A stretch of 64,000 nucleotides of DNA, taken from NCBI GenBank assembly GCA_045631885.1, contig JAZQVN010000035.1:67726-131725 (forward strand). Reading direction: 5' to 3'. The stretch comes from Bacilli bacterium (lineage in GTDB: Bacteria; Bacillota_I; Bacilli_A; RFN20; CAG-826). Position 1 is the first letter of the stretch. Each line of letters begins with the position of its first letter. Below, in pieces: positions 38,740 to 48,480 of this stretch. The notes under the pieces were generated by a model that made no database searches, had not been told where the DNA came from, and saw only the letters and a program-made list of their open reading frames with translations. A program made the translations under genes and the position numbers.

Positions 38740-40341
38740 TTATTTGCCTTCTTTTCTGTTTAACGATGAAACGATTAAACCCGTGAATAAAGGGTGTGGA
38801 TTTGTTGGTCTAGATTTAAATTCTGGGTGAAACTGTGAACCAATATAAAATGTATTAGTGGGACATTCCACTATTTCTACGAGTGATTTGTTCGGAGATA
38901 AACCACTGAGTTTCAAACCGTTATCAATGAAGTCTTGACGATAAATATTGTTAAATTCATATCTATGTCTATGACGTTCGTTAATCATATCTTTTTGATA
39001 TAAACTTTTTGCTAAAGAATTATCTTGTAATGAGCACGGGTAGCTACCGAGTCTCATTGTCGCTCCTTTAGTAACGATATTGACTTGTTCGGGCATCAAA
39101 GCAATCACAGGGTAAGCAGTGTTTTCATCAAATTCGCTACTATTTGCATCTTCAAAACCTAAAACATTCCTCGCGTATTCAATAACCATCACTTGCATAC
39201 CTAAGCAAATGCCTAAACAAGGGACATTATTCTCTCGAGCATATTTTACAGATTCGATCATACCCTCGATTCCACGTGTTCCGAATCCACCTGGAACAAT
39301 TATTCCATCCGCTTCTTTTAATATTTCATCAGCACCATTTTTCGTAATCTTCTCAGAATCAACCCAAAGAATTTCCGCTTTTGCATCTAAGCTTGAAGCG
39401 GCGTGGAAAATAGATTCTTCAACGCTTAAATAAGCATCGTGTAGTTGTGTATATTTTCCCACAAGAGCAATCTTAACTTGTTTATGAGCGCCTTTGATTT
39501 TATCAACCATTGCTGTCCACTTTTCTAAATCCGGTTTAGTAATTGGTAAATGAAGTTTTTCGCAAACTATATCAGTCAAGCCTTCATGTTCTAATAGAAG
39601 TGGCACTTCGTATATGCTCGAAGCGGTTAAATTCTCAATAATTGCTCTTTTATCTATGTCGCAAAGTAAAGCTATTTTATCTTTAATATCCTGTGTAAGT
39701 GCTTGTGTGCTTCGACAAACCAAAACATCTGGCTGAATGCCTAGAGAATTCAGTTCTCTCACACTATGTTGGACAGGTTTGCTTTTAAGTTCGCCACTAC
39801 CAGGTATTTCCACAATAAGCGGAACATGAATGTAAATAACATTTTCTCTTCCCTTATCCTGGCCAACTTGTCGGATGGCTTCTAAAAAAGGTAGAGATTC
39901 AATATCACCAACCGTGCCACCAATTTCACATATTGCGATATCAATGTTTTGTTTTTCGGAGATGTAAATCCATCTTTTGATTTCATCAATAACATCTGGG
40001 ATAATTTGAACTGTCCTTCCTAAATATCCGCCTGTTCTTTCTCTATTGATAACATTCCAATAGACTTTTCCAGAAGATATTGAACACGATGCATCTAAAG
40101 GAACATTAGTAAACCTTTCATAATGTCCTAAATCTAAATCCGTTTCCGCACCATCGTCAGTGACAAAAACTTCACCATGTTGAAAAGGCGACATAGTGCC
40201 TGGATCAACATTTAAATAAGGATCAAATTTTTGATTCTTAACAGAATAACCTCTTTGTTTTAATAAACGAGCTAGAGAAGCGGCGCAAATACCCTTTCCT
40301 AATCCAGATACAACCCCACCAGTAACAAATATATATTTCAT
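38740..40341 (-). CDS. pyrG: CTP synthase
   Basis: [17 protein letters not shown], and a GATase domain with GICLGMQ and HRHRYE. Confidence 0.96.
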   Translation of the reverse strand: MKYIFVTGGVVSGLGKGICAASLARLLKQRGYSVKNQKFDPYLNVDPGTMSPFQHGEVFVTDDGAETDLDLGHYERFTNVPLDASCSISSGKVYWNVINRERTGGYLGRTVQIIPDVIDEIKRWIYISEKQNIDIAICEIGGTVGDIESLPFLEAIRQVGQDKGRENVIYIHVPLIVEIPGSGELKSKPVQHSVRELNSLGIQPDVLVCRSTQALTQDIKDKIALLCDIDKRAIIENLTASSIYEVPLLLEHEGLTDIVCEKLHLPITKPDLEKWTAMVDKIKGAHKQVKIALVGKYTQLHDAYLSVEESIFHAASSLDAKAEILWVDSEKITKNGADEILKEADGIIVPGGFGTRGIEGMIESVKYARENNVPCLGICLGMQVMVIEYARNVLGFEDANSSEFDENTAYPVIALMPEQVNIVTKGATMRLGSYPCSLQDNSLAKSLYQKDMINERHRHRYEFNNIYRQDFIDNGLKLSGLSPNKSLVEIVECPTNTFYIGSQFHPEFKSRPTNPHPLFTGLIVSSLNRKEGK

Positions 40342-40470
40342 AATTCATTAACCAATCATGGGGTTATACTATCATAGAGACTAGTCAACAATAAAATACC
40401 TATAATATTATGACTATCATATTTTTTTCATATGTTAAGTTCTCTTTACTATATATCAAAAAGAAAAGCT

Positions 40471-41655
40471 TTATTTTTTATAAAAATCGTATAGTTCTTT
40501 GAATGCTGGAAGGGAGTTTACAATTTGTTTATAACTTACGCAATAAGCAATTCGAACATACCCTTTATAACTAAATGGATTGCTTGGAACAAGTAATAAT
40601 TCAAATTTTTTAGCAACTTCAGAAAATGCTTCAGCATCATCCTCTAATGCTTTCATAAACAAATAGAAGGCACCCGTTGGATAAATAACATCATAGCCAA
40701 TTTCTTTTAAAGCGTTATAGAGAGTATCCCTATTCTTTTTATATTCATTTAAATCAGATGTATAGCCAAGCACATACGGGATTAAATGTTGAAATATCGC
40801 AGGAGCGCATATATAACCAAGCATTGATGCAGCGCCGCAAATAACCGCGTAAACATCTTCGACATCTTTGCATTTTGAATTAACTAAAACGTATCCAATT
40901 CTTTCTCCTGGAATAGATAAACATTTAGAGAATGAATAGCACACTATTGAATCGCTATAATAATTAGTCACAAAAGGATATTTTTCATCGCCATATAAAA
41001 GATCTCTATATGGTTCATCACTCACGAGATAAATGGGGTGTCCATACTCTTTTTCTTTCAAAGAAAGAATATTGGAGAGTTTTTTAATTGTATTTTCATC
41101 ATAAAACGCCCCTGTTGGATTGTTTGGAGAGTCGTATATTATCAGCTTTGTTTTGTTGGTGATTTTACGTTCTAAATCAATAAAGTCTGGTAAGAAATCT
41201 TTATCGGGATTAACAGGCACTAGAATTCCTTCTACCGCTTCCGTGTACGTTCGATATTCTGGAAAATGAGGCGCAAAAACAATTACTTCTTCTTTCGGAG
41301 CCACTAACGCTTTTGTAACTATCGCTAACGATGCGGCTGCACCACAAGTCAAAAAGATATATTTTCCAACTATATCAGTACTATATGTCTTATTCAAATA
41401 GGCGGCGATGCTATCTCTTACTTCTATCTCACCAGGAGAAACTGTATAACCATGAATTTTTACAGAATTCTCTTCTTTTAACAATTTGAAAAGAGTTTCG
41501 TTAACAATAGCTGGAGCAGGGATAGAGGGATTACCAATACTAAAATCATAAACGTTATCTTCCCCTATTATTTTCTTTCTAGCTATACCATAAGTGTATA
41601 AGTCTCTAATTGTTGATTGACTCTTGCCAATATTTAACATTTTCTCATCAAACAT
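40471..41655 (-). CDS. Class I/II PLP-dependent aminotransferase (aspartate/alanine-type)
   Basis: Contains NPSIPAP, SPNNPTG, and YSFSKCLSIPGERIGY (PLP lysine). Confidence 0.8.
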   Translation of the reverse strand: MFDEKMLNIGKSQSTIRDLYTYGIARKKIIGEDNVYDFSIGNPSIPAPAIVNETLFKLLKEENSVKIHGYTVSPGEIEVRDSIAAYLNKTYSTDIVGKYIFLTCGAAASLAIVTKALVAPKEEVIVFAPHFPEYRTYTEAVEGILVPVNPDKDFLPDFIDLERKITNKTKLIIYDSPNNPTGAFYDENTIKKLSNILSLKEKEYGHPIYLVSDEPYRDLLYGDEKYPFVTNYYSDSIVCYSFSKCLSIPGERIGYVLVNSKCKDVEDVYAVICGAASMLGYICAPAIFQHLIPYVLGYTSDLNEYKKNRDTLYNALKEIGYDVIYPTGAFYLFMKALEDDAEAFSEVAKKFELLLVPSNPFSYKGYVRIAYCVSYKQIVNSLPAFKELYDFYKK

Positions 41656-41766
41656 ATGTAAATACCCCTTTGCTTAAAAAATATTACCACATTGAAAAAA
41701 GCATTAATAAATACATATAATGAAATGGTTGTTATACTTTTTTTGTATAATAGGAGACTAATAATC

Positions 41767-42648
41767 ATGGACTTAAAAACATTAAGATACTTCGTCGTTG
41801 TCGCAGAAGAATTAAACATCACTAGAGCAAGTAAGATTTTATCAATTAGTCAACCTCCACTTAGTAATCAAATTAAAAATTTAGAAGAGGAACTAAATAC
41901 CACTTTATTTATAAGAGGAAAAAGACAATTAGAATTAACTGATGAAGGGAAATACTTATATCAAAAAGCCAAAGATATACTTCTTTTAAGCGATAGAACA
42001 GTTAATGAAATGCTATTGATGAACAAAGGCCTAAGCGGAACAATTGGTATTGGTCTAGTCGAAGGAACTGCGCCAGATATTGCCGCAGAATGGATATCTG
42101 AGTTTTTAAAAAAGCATCCGCAAGTGAAGTTTAGGATTTTAGATGGGAACAGCGATGACCTTATCGATAAAATGAGAGCGGGTCTCATCTCTTTAGCGGT
42201 CATTACCTCACCTTATGATCAAATCCTTTTAAATAGTTTTAAAGTTGGGGAAGAAAAGATGGTTGCTTTAATGAGCAAGAATCATGCTTTAGCTAAATCA
42301 AGCAATAGCGTCATCACCATCAATGAGTTAGCAGATGAAAAGATTATTGTCCCTAGTAGAAAAGCACACGTCGACGCTATTAGGAAATGGTTTAGACAAA
42401 TTAATAAAGATTCAAAAATTGTCTGTGAAATGGATAATTACCTTGATGCTGCCGCTATGGCGGGTAGAGGGGTTGGTATTTCTATATTTCCTAAAACAGC
42501 GTATATTTTAAACAATTCATTAGTTTCAAAAGAAATTGAAGGCGACGACAAAAAGGTTGATTATCTTTTCGTTTGGAGAAAAGGCCATCAACTTTCTGTG
42601 TTAGAAGAAAACTTTATTGATTTTATCAAAGATAAATATAGTAAATAG
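41767..42648 (+). CDS. LysR family transcriptional regulator
   Basis: MDLKTLRYFVVVAEELNITRASKILSISQPPLSNQIKNLEEEL. Divergent from the aminotransferase-pyrG string. Start set at the MDLKTL ATG. Confidence 0.85.
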   Translation: MDLKTLRYFVVVAEELNITRASKILSISQPPLSNQIKNLEEELNTTLFIRGKRQLELTDEGKYLYQKAKDILLLSDRTVNEMLLMNKGLSGTIGIGLVEGTAPDIAAEWISEFLKKHPQVKFRILDGNSDDLIDKMRAGLISLAVITSPYDQILLNSFKVGEEKMVALMSKNHALAKSSNSVITINELADEKIIVPSRKAHVDAIRKWFRQINKDSKIVCEMDNYLDAAAMAGRGVGISIFPKTAYILNNSLVSKEIEGDDKKVDYLFVWRKGHQLSVLEENFIDFIKDKYSK

Positions 42649-42675
42649 TTGTACTTCATCACAACAAAACGTAGC

Positions 42676-42703
42676 AAAAAGTCGCCATTAATTTGGCGAC
42701 TTT
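42676..42703. terminator. Terminator between convergent LysR and lipoprotein genes
   Basis: GTCGCCA-ttaatt-TGGCGAC hairpin with AAAAA on the left and TTT on the right. Confidence 0.55.
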
Positions 42704-42726
42704 CATATTATTCTTTATTCTTGTGA

Positions 42727-45459
42727 TTATTTAACAATAGTAGGATTTACTAAGGTAATAATTCCATCTTTAAATTGAATTGTCGCGGTGAAATTAACAA
42801 TTGGAACAATACCATCAGTTTCTCCTTCCATAACATAAGAAGAATAATCCTCTGCTAAATGGCTAAAGCCATAATATGTAGGTTCCCAGTTATGATCCAT
42901 AATGATGACGAAACCTTTACCATTGGTGAATAAAACTGTTTTATAAGAATAGATGCCTGTTTGTGAATCGAATGTCAAATCATTTCCGGTTGAAGCATCC
43001 CAACCATTAAATTCACCAACTAGAGAATAGGTGTGATCTTGAACGTAGCCACCTTCTCCAGAGTCACCACCTCCATGAATAGTAAAATGGAGCATATTTA
43101 CGCCGTTATTATTGATGATGGTAATTCTGAAATCGACATCCTTAACCACTCTAATATTATTGTCGCTAGCTTGAACTAAATATTCGCCACAAACATCTTC
43201 AGGGTTCAATATATCGCTATAGCCAAGTTTGCCAGCTTGTTCTCCGCGATTATATCCAATTACATAGAATAAATCGTTTGCGAATAATCCGTGGTCGATA
43301 TATAAACGACCCTCAGTGTCTGTACCAAATGGGAATTCAGGATTACCCTTGATAAATAGTTCAGCCCCGTCAAAACCTTGAACAGGAATATCCGATGTGA
43401 AATAAACTATTCTTATTGAATACTCTCCAATATTCTCATAATTAATACAGTATCTAACATCTTCTTGATCAAAATAATATTTATATTGATTATCTATGTC
43501 TTCATTTTCTTTCCAACCATTACTCTCTAACTTGGCTTTGAAAGCATCAAAAACTTGACTGCTTACTCCGAAATAATCAAAGAAGTCTGATTGTTCACCT
43601 GGATGATTAAACACCAAGCCTTCTGGAAGCAATATATCTTGATTAAGTACAGAGAATATCGCTTTATCAGCGTTTGAATATGAGCAATAGAAATCTTTAG
43701 TTTCTTGAATCTTTAAATAGCTTCCATCAAAACCGATTTTAAACACCTTATTTCTTGCTGTATCAGTGATCGCATAAGTTGGGTTTTTCTCAATTACTGG
43801 GTAGTCCATTTTTAAAAGTTTTTGTATATAGCTTTGTCTATCTTGTTCTTCAATACCGTTTAAATAGATAGAACAGCTAAGCGGATCAGCACTTTGAGAA
43901 GTTACTTCAACACTAGCGACGAATAGTTTAGAAGAGATAGATGGTACTAATCTTTCTAATCCCATTTCTTTCAAAGTTTCAAATGGCCAACCGATGACTG
44001 AATCGCTATATGGATTACAATTAATTCTTAAAATCTTATAATCTAAGATTTCTCCATCGGCCACCAAATTAACCTGAATTAGTAAAAGTGGTTGATGATA
44101 TGTATTAACGATTTCAACAACTGAATCGGTTGTTTTCACCAATATTGAGGTTCCAGAATCTAATAAAACATTAAGTTGTAAGTCTTCTATAGAAGCTTCT
44201 CCAATTAATTCTTGTTTATTATCTAAAGCAAGAATTTTTGGAATAAATGGGGATTCGTAGTGATATGAATCTTGATTATTAATCAAATTGGAGAAACTAA
44301 CTTTATCTGTTCCTAAATAGCATTCGTCACCTTCAGTCATTTCTCTTTCTCCACGATAATCCACGACTTTTAAGGACGCCGGTTTTCTTTCGTGTCCCCC
44401 TTCATCTTCGTCGCGAGTGACTAAAGAATAAATAACGTCTTTACCAAATATATTCGAGAACTCAGAGTACATTGTTTGGATAACATTGTTTTTGTTTCCT
44501 TGTTTATTAAAGAAAGGAGCCTTATCTATATCGGTAGCGTTAAGACCTAATTCATAAAATAAATGAGCGACTCTTTCTCTTCTATCAGTGTTTCTATTTA
44601 AATCTTTAGCTTTATAAAGTGCACTATTCTTATACCAAGAAAAAGATCCGACTTCATAAGAAACGCCATCATTAATGTAACTAGCAAATGTTTGATGTTC
44701 ATTATCTTTCACCAATGGAATATGAGCTTCTAAATCAAATTTTCTCCATTCCTTAATTTGGTTCTCTTGAACATCTACATAGTCATATTCATAGACGCAA
44801 CGATCATAATAAGGAATACCTGTTTCGTCGTTGTTAGTTAACATAGTTAAAATGTATGTTGGGTTTTCCTTATCCATGTTATAGTCAAGTTCCATAAACA
44901 CATACCAATCCGTTTGATAAGTATCAGTATCTTTACTTAAAGAAATTGAGAAAGAAACATCTGCGGTAATTAAATCGTTTGCGTCAATATTAATCGCTAA
45001 ACCTAAAGTGAAGGAATAGTCATATTCAAATTGAGATTTATGTTCACCTTCAAAACCAGTTTCAGAGTCAATATAAACTTTGCCAGTAACTGTATCGTAA
45101 TATTTAGTATCAAAAGAGTAATTACTACCGATTTTATCGAATGCATATTTGAGACATTGGAATTGAATCATTGGTGGTTGAGTATAACTCAAATCATCAA
45201 TCACATCACCTTGATTATCTTCTGATGAAAAAATAGAAAACAGGGAATCAAGTGTCGAACTAGCCGCTGCGCGAGAGAGTTTCTTATTTAATTGTTTGGC
45301 ATTATTACTTGAAACATTTCTAAAGCTGCTTTCCACTCCAGAAAAAGCGGTTTTGACCTTTTCATATGGCGTTGTAGGCGGTACGTATTTGTTATGTGTT
45401 CCGCACCCTGTTAATAACGATATGGCTAAAAAAGTACCGAATAATCCTAGCTTTTTCAT
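42727..45459 (-). CDS. Large surface lipoprotein with a C-terminal CBM48/E-set-like module
   Basis: MKKLGLFGTFLAISLLTGC lipobox (start at Met9 of the listed ORF). The last ~100 aa contain YSLVGEFNGWD...MDHNW, reminiscent of glycogen/starch-binding E-set domains. Confidence 0.6.
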   Translation of the reverse strand: MKKLGLFGTFLAISLLTGCGTHNKYVPPTTPYEKVKTAFSGVESSFRNVSSNNAKQLNKKLSRAAASSTLDSLFSIFSSEDNQGDVIDDLSYTQPPMIQFQCLKYAFDKIGSNYSFDTKYYDTVTGKVYIDSETGFEGEHKSQFEYDYSFTLGLAINIDANDLITADVSFSISLSKDTDTYQTDWYVFMELDYNMDKENPTYILTMLTNNDETGIPYYDRCVYEYDYVDVQENQIKEWRKFDLEAHIPLVKDNEHQTFASYINDGVSYEVGSFSWYKNSALYKAKDLNRNTDRRERVAHLFYELGLNATDIDKAPFFNKQGNKNNVIQTMYSEFSNIFGKDVIYSLVTRDEDEGGHERKPASLKVVDYRGEREMTEGDECYLGTDKVSFSNLINNQDSYHYESPFIPKILALDNKQELIGEASIEDLQLNVLLDSGTSILVKTTDSVVEIVNTYHQPLLLIQVNLVADGEILDYKILRINCNPYSDSVIGWPFETLKEMGLERLVPSISSKLFVASVEVTSQSADPLSCSIYLNGIEEQDRQSYIQKLLKMDYPVIEKNPTYAITDTARNKVFKIGFDGSYLKIQETKDFYCSYSNADKAIFSVLNQDILLPEGLVFNHPGEQSDFFDYFGVSSQVFDAFKAKLESNGWKENEDIDNQYKYYFDQEDVRYCINYENIGEYSIRIVYFTSDIPVQGFDGAELFIKGNPEFPFGTDTEGRLYIDHGLFANDLFYVIGYNRGEQAGKLGYSDILNPEDVCGEYLVQASDNNIRVVKDVDFRITIINNNGVNMLHFTIHGGGDSGEGGYVQDHTYSLVGEFNGWDASTGNDLTFDSQTGIYSYKTVLFTNGKGFVIIMDHNWEPTYYGFSHLAEDYSSYVMEGETDGIVPIVNFTATIQFKDGIITLVNPTIVK

Positions 45460-45531
45460 AAGTAAATCTCCTTGTATTATCACTATATACTAAAAAGGAT
45501 ATCAAAGCCAATTTATTGTATACTGAAATTA

Positions 45532-45623
45532 TTGTCCCAGGACGATGACTATTCTCAAAATTAGGACAGACCCGATTCTCCGATGACGGTCTCCATTTTT
45601 GAGCCACTCAACTTAGAATCGAC
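45532..45623 (+). repeat. ~92-nt islet repeat, copy 1
   Basis: TTGTCCCAGGACGATGAC...GATTCTCCGATGACGGTCTCCAT...AGAATCGAC. Identical to copy 2 at 75/92 positions by ungapped hand alignment. Confidence 0.8.
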
Positions 45624-45652
45624 CCCGACACAACAAGCTGCCCGAATAGCAC

Positions 45653-45697
45653 AAAAAAGCCGCCCATAATGGACGACTTATTCTGCTTTTTGACGTT
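45653..45697 (-). terminator. Left copy of the duplicated rpsR-type terminator (45-bp direct repeat)
   Basis: AAAAAAGCCGCCCATAATGGACGACTTATTCTGCTTTTTGACGTT matches 49548..49592 at 43/45 positions. The hairpin pairs fully, with 2 G-U pairs, only on the minus strand. Confidence 0.75.
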
Positions 45698-45780
45698 TGT
45701 CCCCGTCTAAACCCAACTTCCCTCAAAAGTTCAAACGTGACTTCCCCGATTTCGACATCATCAGTTGTCTGACTGCGTCC

Positions 45781-46182
45781 TTATTTGCTTAACACTCTTG
45801 CTTGCATTTCATCACACCACTTATTCCATTTAATGTCATATTCTTCTTTTGACACTATTCTTTTTAGGAGGTCGGCAGGCGAGAGTATTCCTTGCTTTTT
45901 ACATTCTTTAACACATTCACGGTACATGTTCCAACTCAAATCATCTTCATCCCAAATTAAAGGCACAGATTCTATTCCTGATAATAATGCGACTACCAAT
46001 CGAGTGTGACCATCGGTGATAACGATTTCACCATCTAGCTGTTTAATTGGTATTGACTCAAAATTTGATAGGTCTTTTGGATCGAACCATTTCTTGACGT
46101 TTTCAATTTTTTCATCAGAAATATAAAATTGTGATGGTTGTAAATCTCTTATTGTAAGTGAATGAATATCTATATTTTTCAT
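45781..46182 (-). CDS. Small ParB/Srx-fold (ParB N-terminal-like) domain protein
   Basis: LQPSQFYISDEKIENVKKW...IVITDGHTRLVVAL resembles the ParB-like nuclease/NTPase core (DGHHR-type box). Start set at MKNIDI, since the longer listed ORF starts at a TTG. Lies 14 nt after the Fic stop. Confidence 0.5.
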   Translation of the reverse strand: MKNIDIHSLTIRDLQPSQFYISDEKIENVKKWFDPKDLSNFESIPIKQLDGEIVITDGHTRLVVALLSGIESVPLIWDEDDLSWNMYRECVKECKKQGILSPADLLKRIVSKEEYDIKWNKWCDEMQARVLSK

Positions 46183-46196
46183 GTAAAAACCAAAAA

Positions 46197-47168
46197 TTAT
46201 ATAATCTCCCAATACCCGAATCTTTTGCCGTTAATTCTTTTAATCTTGTTTTCTTTACTCAAAAGAGCTATGACGCTATCAATAGTTCGTGGCGAAACAC
46301 CAATTCTACTTGCCAATTCATCAATACTGATTCTCGGATTAGCTTTGATTAATTCTAAAACGCGTGTTTCCCTTGGGGTGGTTTCATTATCATTAGAGTC
46401 AATACTTATACGCAAGTCTCTATTTCTTAATATGTTATGTTCATTAAGAAGTAAATTTCTTAAAAACATAATAATGTATTTTTTATCATCATATATGCCT
46501 TTACGGATGAACTTGAAATTAGCCCTCACCAAGGCGTTTCTAAAAAACCAGGCATTTTTAGCAAAAACATCATTTGTTACATCATATCCTAGCGATCTTA
46601 GATATTTGATAAAAAATACCGCAGTGGTACGAGTATTTCCTTCCTGAAACGCGTGAATTTGCCAGAGATTAGAAACAAAAGTTGCTAAATGTTCAATGAC
46701 TTTATCCTCGGACAAATCAGCATATTTAAAATTTCTTTCAGTCTCAAAATCATACTCTAGAGTGTTCCTGAGTTCATGATAATCGCCATAAATGACAGAT
46801 CTACCATCAAGAACCCACTCTTTTTTTATGAAGTTATAATCTCTTAATTTTCCAGCATGGTTGAATACGCCTTCAAATAGTTGCTTATGAATGCTAACCA
46901 GTTGTCCAACTGTAAATGTAAAAGAATCGTCAGAAATAATTTGCGCAATCCTATTTGACACAATGTCTGCCTCTTCTGTTCTTGCATCTTCGTTAGGTTT
47001 ATTTTCATAATAAGAACTAATTATTTTATCTAGCTCATCTAAAGATATTTCTCCTTTGACATATCTATCAGCTTGCGATAAAAAATATGTCGAATTCTTA
47101 AGTCCGTCAACATCTTGAAGGCCAATTCCAGTTTCAATTAAATATTTGTTCGAATACTTATTTTCCAT
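46197..47168 (-). CDS. Fic/DOC family protein with a C-terminal winged-helix domain
   Basis: Fic motif variant HAFQEGNTRTTA (canonical HxFx[DE]GNGRxxR) at residues 172-183. The C-terminus TRVLELIKANPRISIDELASRIGVSPRTIDSVIALL looks like a wHTH. Confidence 0.8.
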   Translation of the reverse strand: MENKYSNKYLIETGIGLQDVDGLKNSTYFLSQADRYVKGEISLDELDKIISSYYENKPNEDARTEEADIVSNRIAQIISDDSFTFTVGQLVSIHKQLFEGVFNHAGKLRDYNFIKKEWVLDGRSVIYGDYHELRNTLEYDFETERNFKYADLSEDKVIEHLATFVSNLWQIHAFQEGNTRTTAVFFIKYLRSLGYDVTNDVFAKNAWFFRNALVRANFKFIRKGIYDDKKYIIMFLRNLLLNEHNILRNRDLRISIDSNDNETTPRETRVLELIKANPRISIDELASRIGVSPRTIDSVIALLSKENKIKRINGKRFGYWEII

Positions 47169-47263
47169 AGGAAAATATTATCACATTCAACTTCAAAACG
47201 CAACTCCAAAACGCAATTTAAGTATTTTTGCGCTTTGAAATTATTCACACAAACTCAAACATC

Positions 47264-47289
47264 AAAAAAGTCGCCGCTATGGACGACTT
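47264..47289 (-). repeat. Degenerate third copy of the rpsR-type terminator hairpin (orphan)
   Basis: AAAAAAGTCGCCGCTATGGACGACTT is close to the 45653 and 49548 copies. No minus-strand gene ends immediately upstream of it. Confidence 0.6.
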
Positions 47290-47404
47290 AATTTTCATTG
47301 ATTTAGCCCGATCTACGAGCCCTTACCATTCGCTTTCGACTAATGCCCTGTTGAGGAAGCTACAATTTGAACAACTTAGGCAAATCGCAACTATCCAACA
47401 ACAG

Positions 47405-47496
47405 TTGTCCCAGGACGACGACCGTTCTCCGTTTTAAGACAGATCCGACTCTCCGACGACGGTCTCCATATTTGTTCCACACGACTCAGAATCGAC
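47405..47496 (+). repeat. ~92-nt islet repeat, copy 2
   Basis: TTGTCCCAGGACGACGAC...GACTCTCCGACGACGGTCTCCAT...AGAATCGAC. Confidence 0.8.
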
Positions 47497-47574
47497 GGCG
47501 GCTGGTATTTCGTTAGCTACGACGACGAACGCGCGACGTGGGTCGACCGGGATAGCCTAAAACGAGTCCGATGA
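47494..47574 (+). pseudogene. G+C-rich coding-looking remnant
   Basis: The open frame reads DGGWYFVSYDDERATWVDRDSLKRVR*. There is no start codon or RBS, and its composition is unlike the host genes. Confidence 0.25.
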
Positions 47575-47703
47575 CGATGGATTTATATTAATATAAATAG
47601 TTCAATAAAAGGCACATTATATTGTTTTTTTTATTCATAAAAATACAAAAACTTTTTCATTTGTGGCATGCTTCATAATAATATATAGGCAGGAGGAGCC
47701 AGT

Positions 47704-48426
47704 GTGACCACGATAAAAGAAATTAATGTTGGTAAAATTGATCCATCCATTAAAGGAGTCTTAGAGAAGTTAGTTACTATCAAAGGCTTAGACTTTTATG
47801 TGATTGGTGGTCTTCTATGTCAGTACTACTTAAAAGACCACGCTAGATATACAAAAGACGTTGATATCATTTTCAACGATGAACAAGAAGTCGTGGAAAG
47901 AGAATTAAAGAAAGCATTCGGCGATATTCATTTGTTCTATGCTGAAGATACAGAGAATTTCTATGGTGGCACTTTTACTTGCTTTACCAGAGTTAATGAG
48001 TTATTAGGGCAAATAGAAGGAAAGAAGATTAAATTCTTAAAAGATGTTAAGGGCAAACAATATTCTTATGAAGGCATTAACTTTAGAGGTGTTGATATTG
48101 AATATTGTATCGCTGAAAAGGTTGTCACTTTGTTAAATGAATTATGTAGACCATACAAACATTTAGTGGACCTCTATTCCTTTACTCAAATCGATCAATC
48201 ATTAATCGATAAGAAAGAAATAAAGAGATACATGCTACTAATAAACGCTCATGAGAATGTATATAGAAAAGCACATAATCTTAAGGAATATGAACTTCCT
48301 AAAGAAATTAAGGAAGATAAAGAGTTAAAACCACCAATAGTGGTCCCAACACTACAAAGTAAATATAACGTTTCTAGAGAAGTAATGAAATCTAGTGTGA
48401 ATGAGTGGTTGAAAACCATTATCTAA
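47704..48426 (+). CDS. AbiEii/AbiGii-like nucleotidyltransferase (DUF1814-type toxin family)
   Basis: GTG start with AGGAGG 7 nt upstream. NTase signature VIGGLLCQYYLKDHARYTKDVDIIF (GG-x15-DxD). The 240-aa size fits the family. Confidence 0.65.
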   Translation: MTTIKEINVGKIDPSIKGVLEKLVTIKGLDFYVIGGLLCQYYLKDHARYTKDVDIIFNDEQEVVERELKKAFGDIHLFYAEDTENFYGGTFTCFTRVNELLGQIEGKKIKFLKDVKGKQYSYEGINFRGVDIEYCIAEKVVTLLNELCRPYKHLVDLYSFTQIDQSLIDKKEIKRYMLLINAHENVYRKAHNLKEYELPKEIKEDKELKPPIVVPTLQSKYNVSREVMKSSVNEWLKTII

Positions 48427-48480
48427 AAGTATAATAAAAATATAAAAATCATAATTTAATAATGAAAGGTAGAACAAAGT

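Noticed and set aside
40342-40470. pyrG reiterative-transcription attenuator (GGGC-type initially transcribed region as in Bacillus)
   Set aside because: A TTGACT box is present, but the putative start region reads ACCCCATG, not a G-run, and no leader terminator hairpin is evident.
45392-45607. 71-aa minus-strand ORF spanning repeat copy 1 and the lipoprotein gene start
   Set aside because: It overlaps the lipoprotein signal-peptide coding region in another frame and also the non-coding repeat. It has no RBS and is not conserved between repeat copies.
46158-46647. 161-aa and 64-aa plus-strand ORFs (and 45785..46009) opposite the Fic and ParB-like genes
   Set aside because: These are shadow ORFs antisense to genes with clear family motifs, and their translations are low in complexity.
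47228-47437. 69-aa plus-strand ORF in the islet
   Set aside because: It runs through the orphan terminator hairpin and into repeat copy 2. It has no RBS, and the equivalent frame is closed in repeat copy 1.
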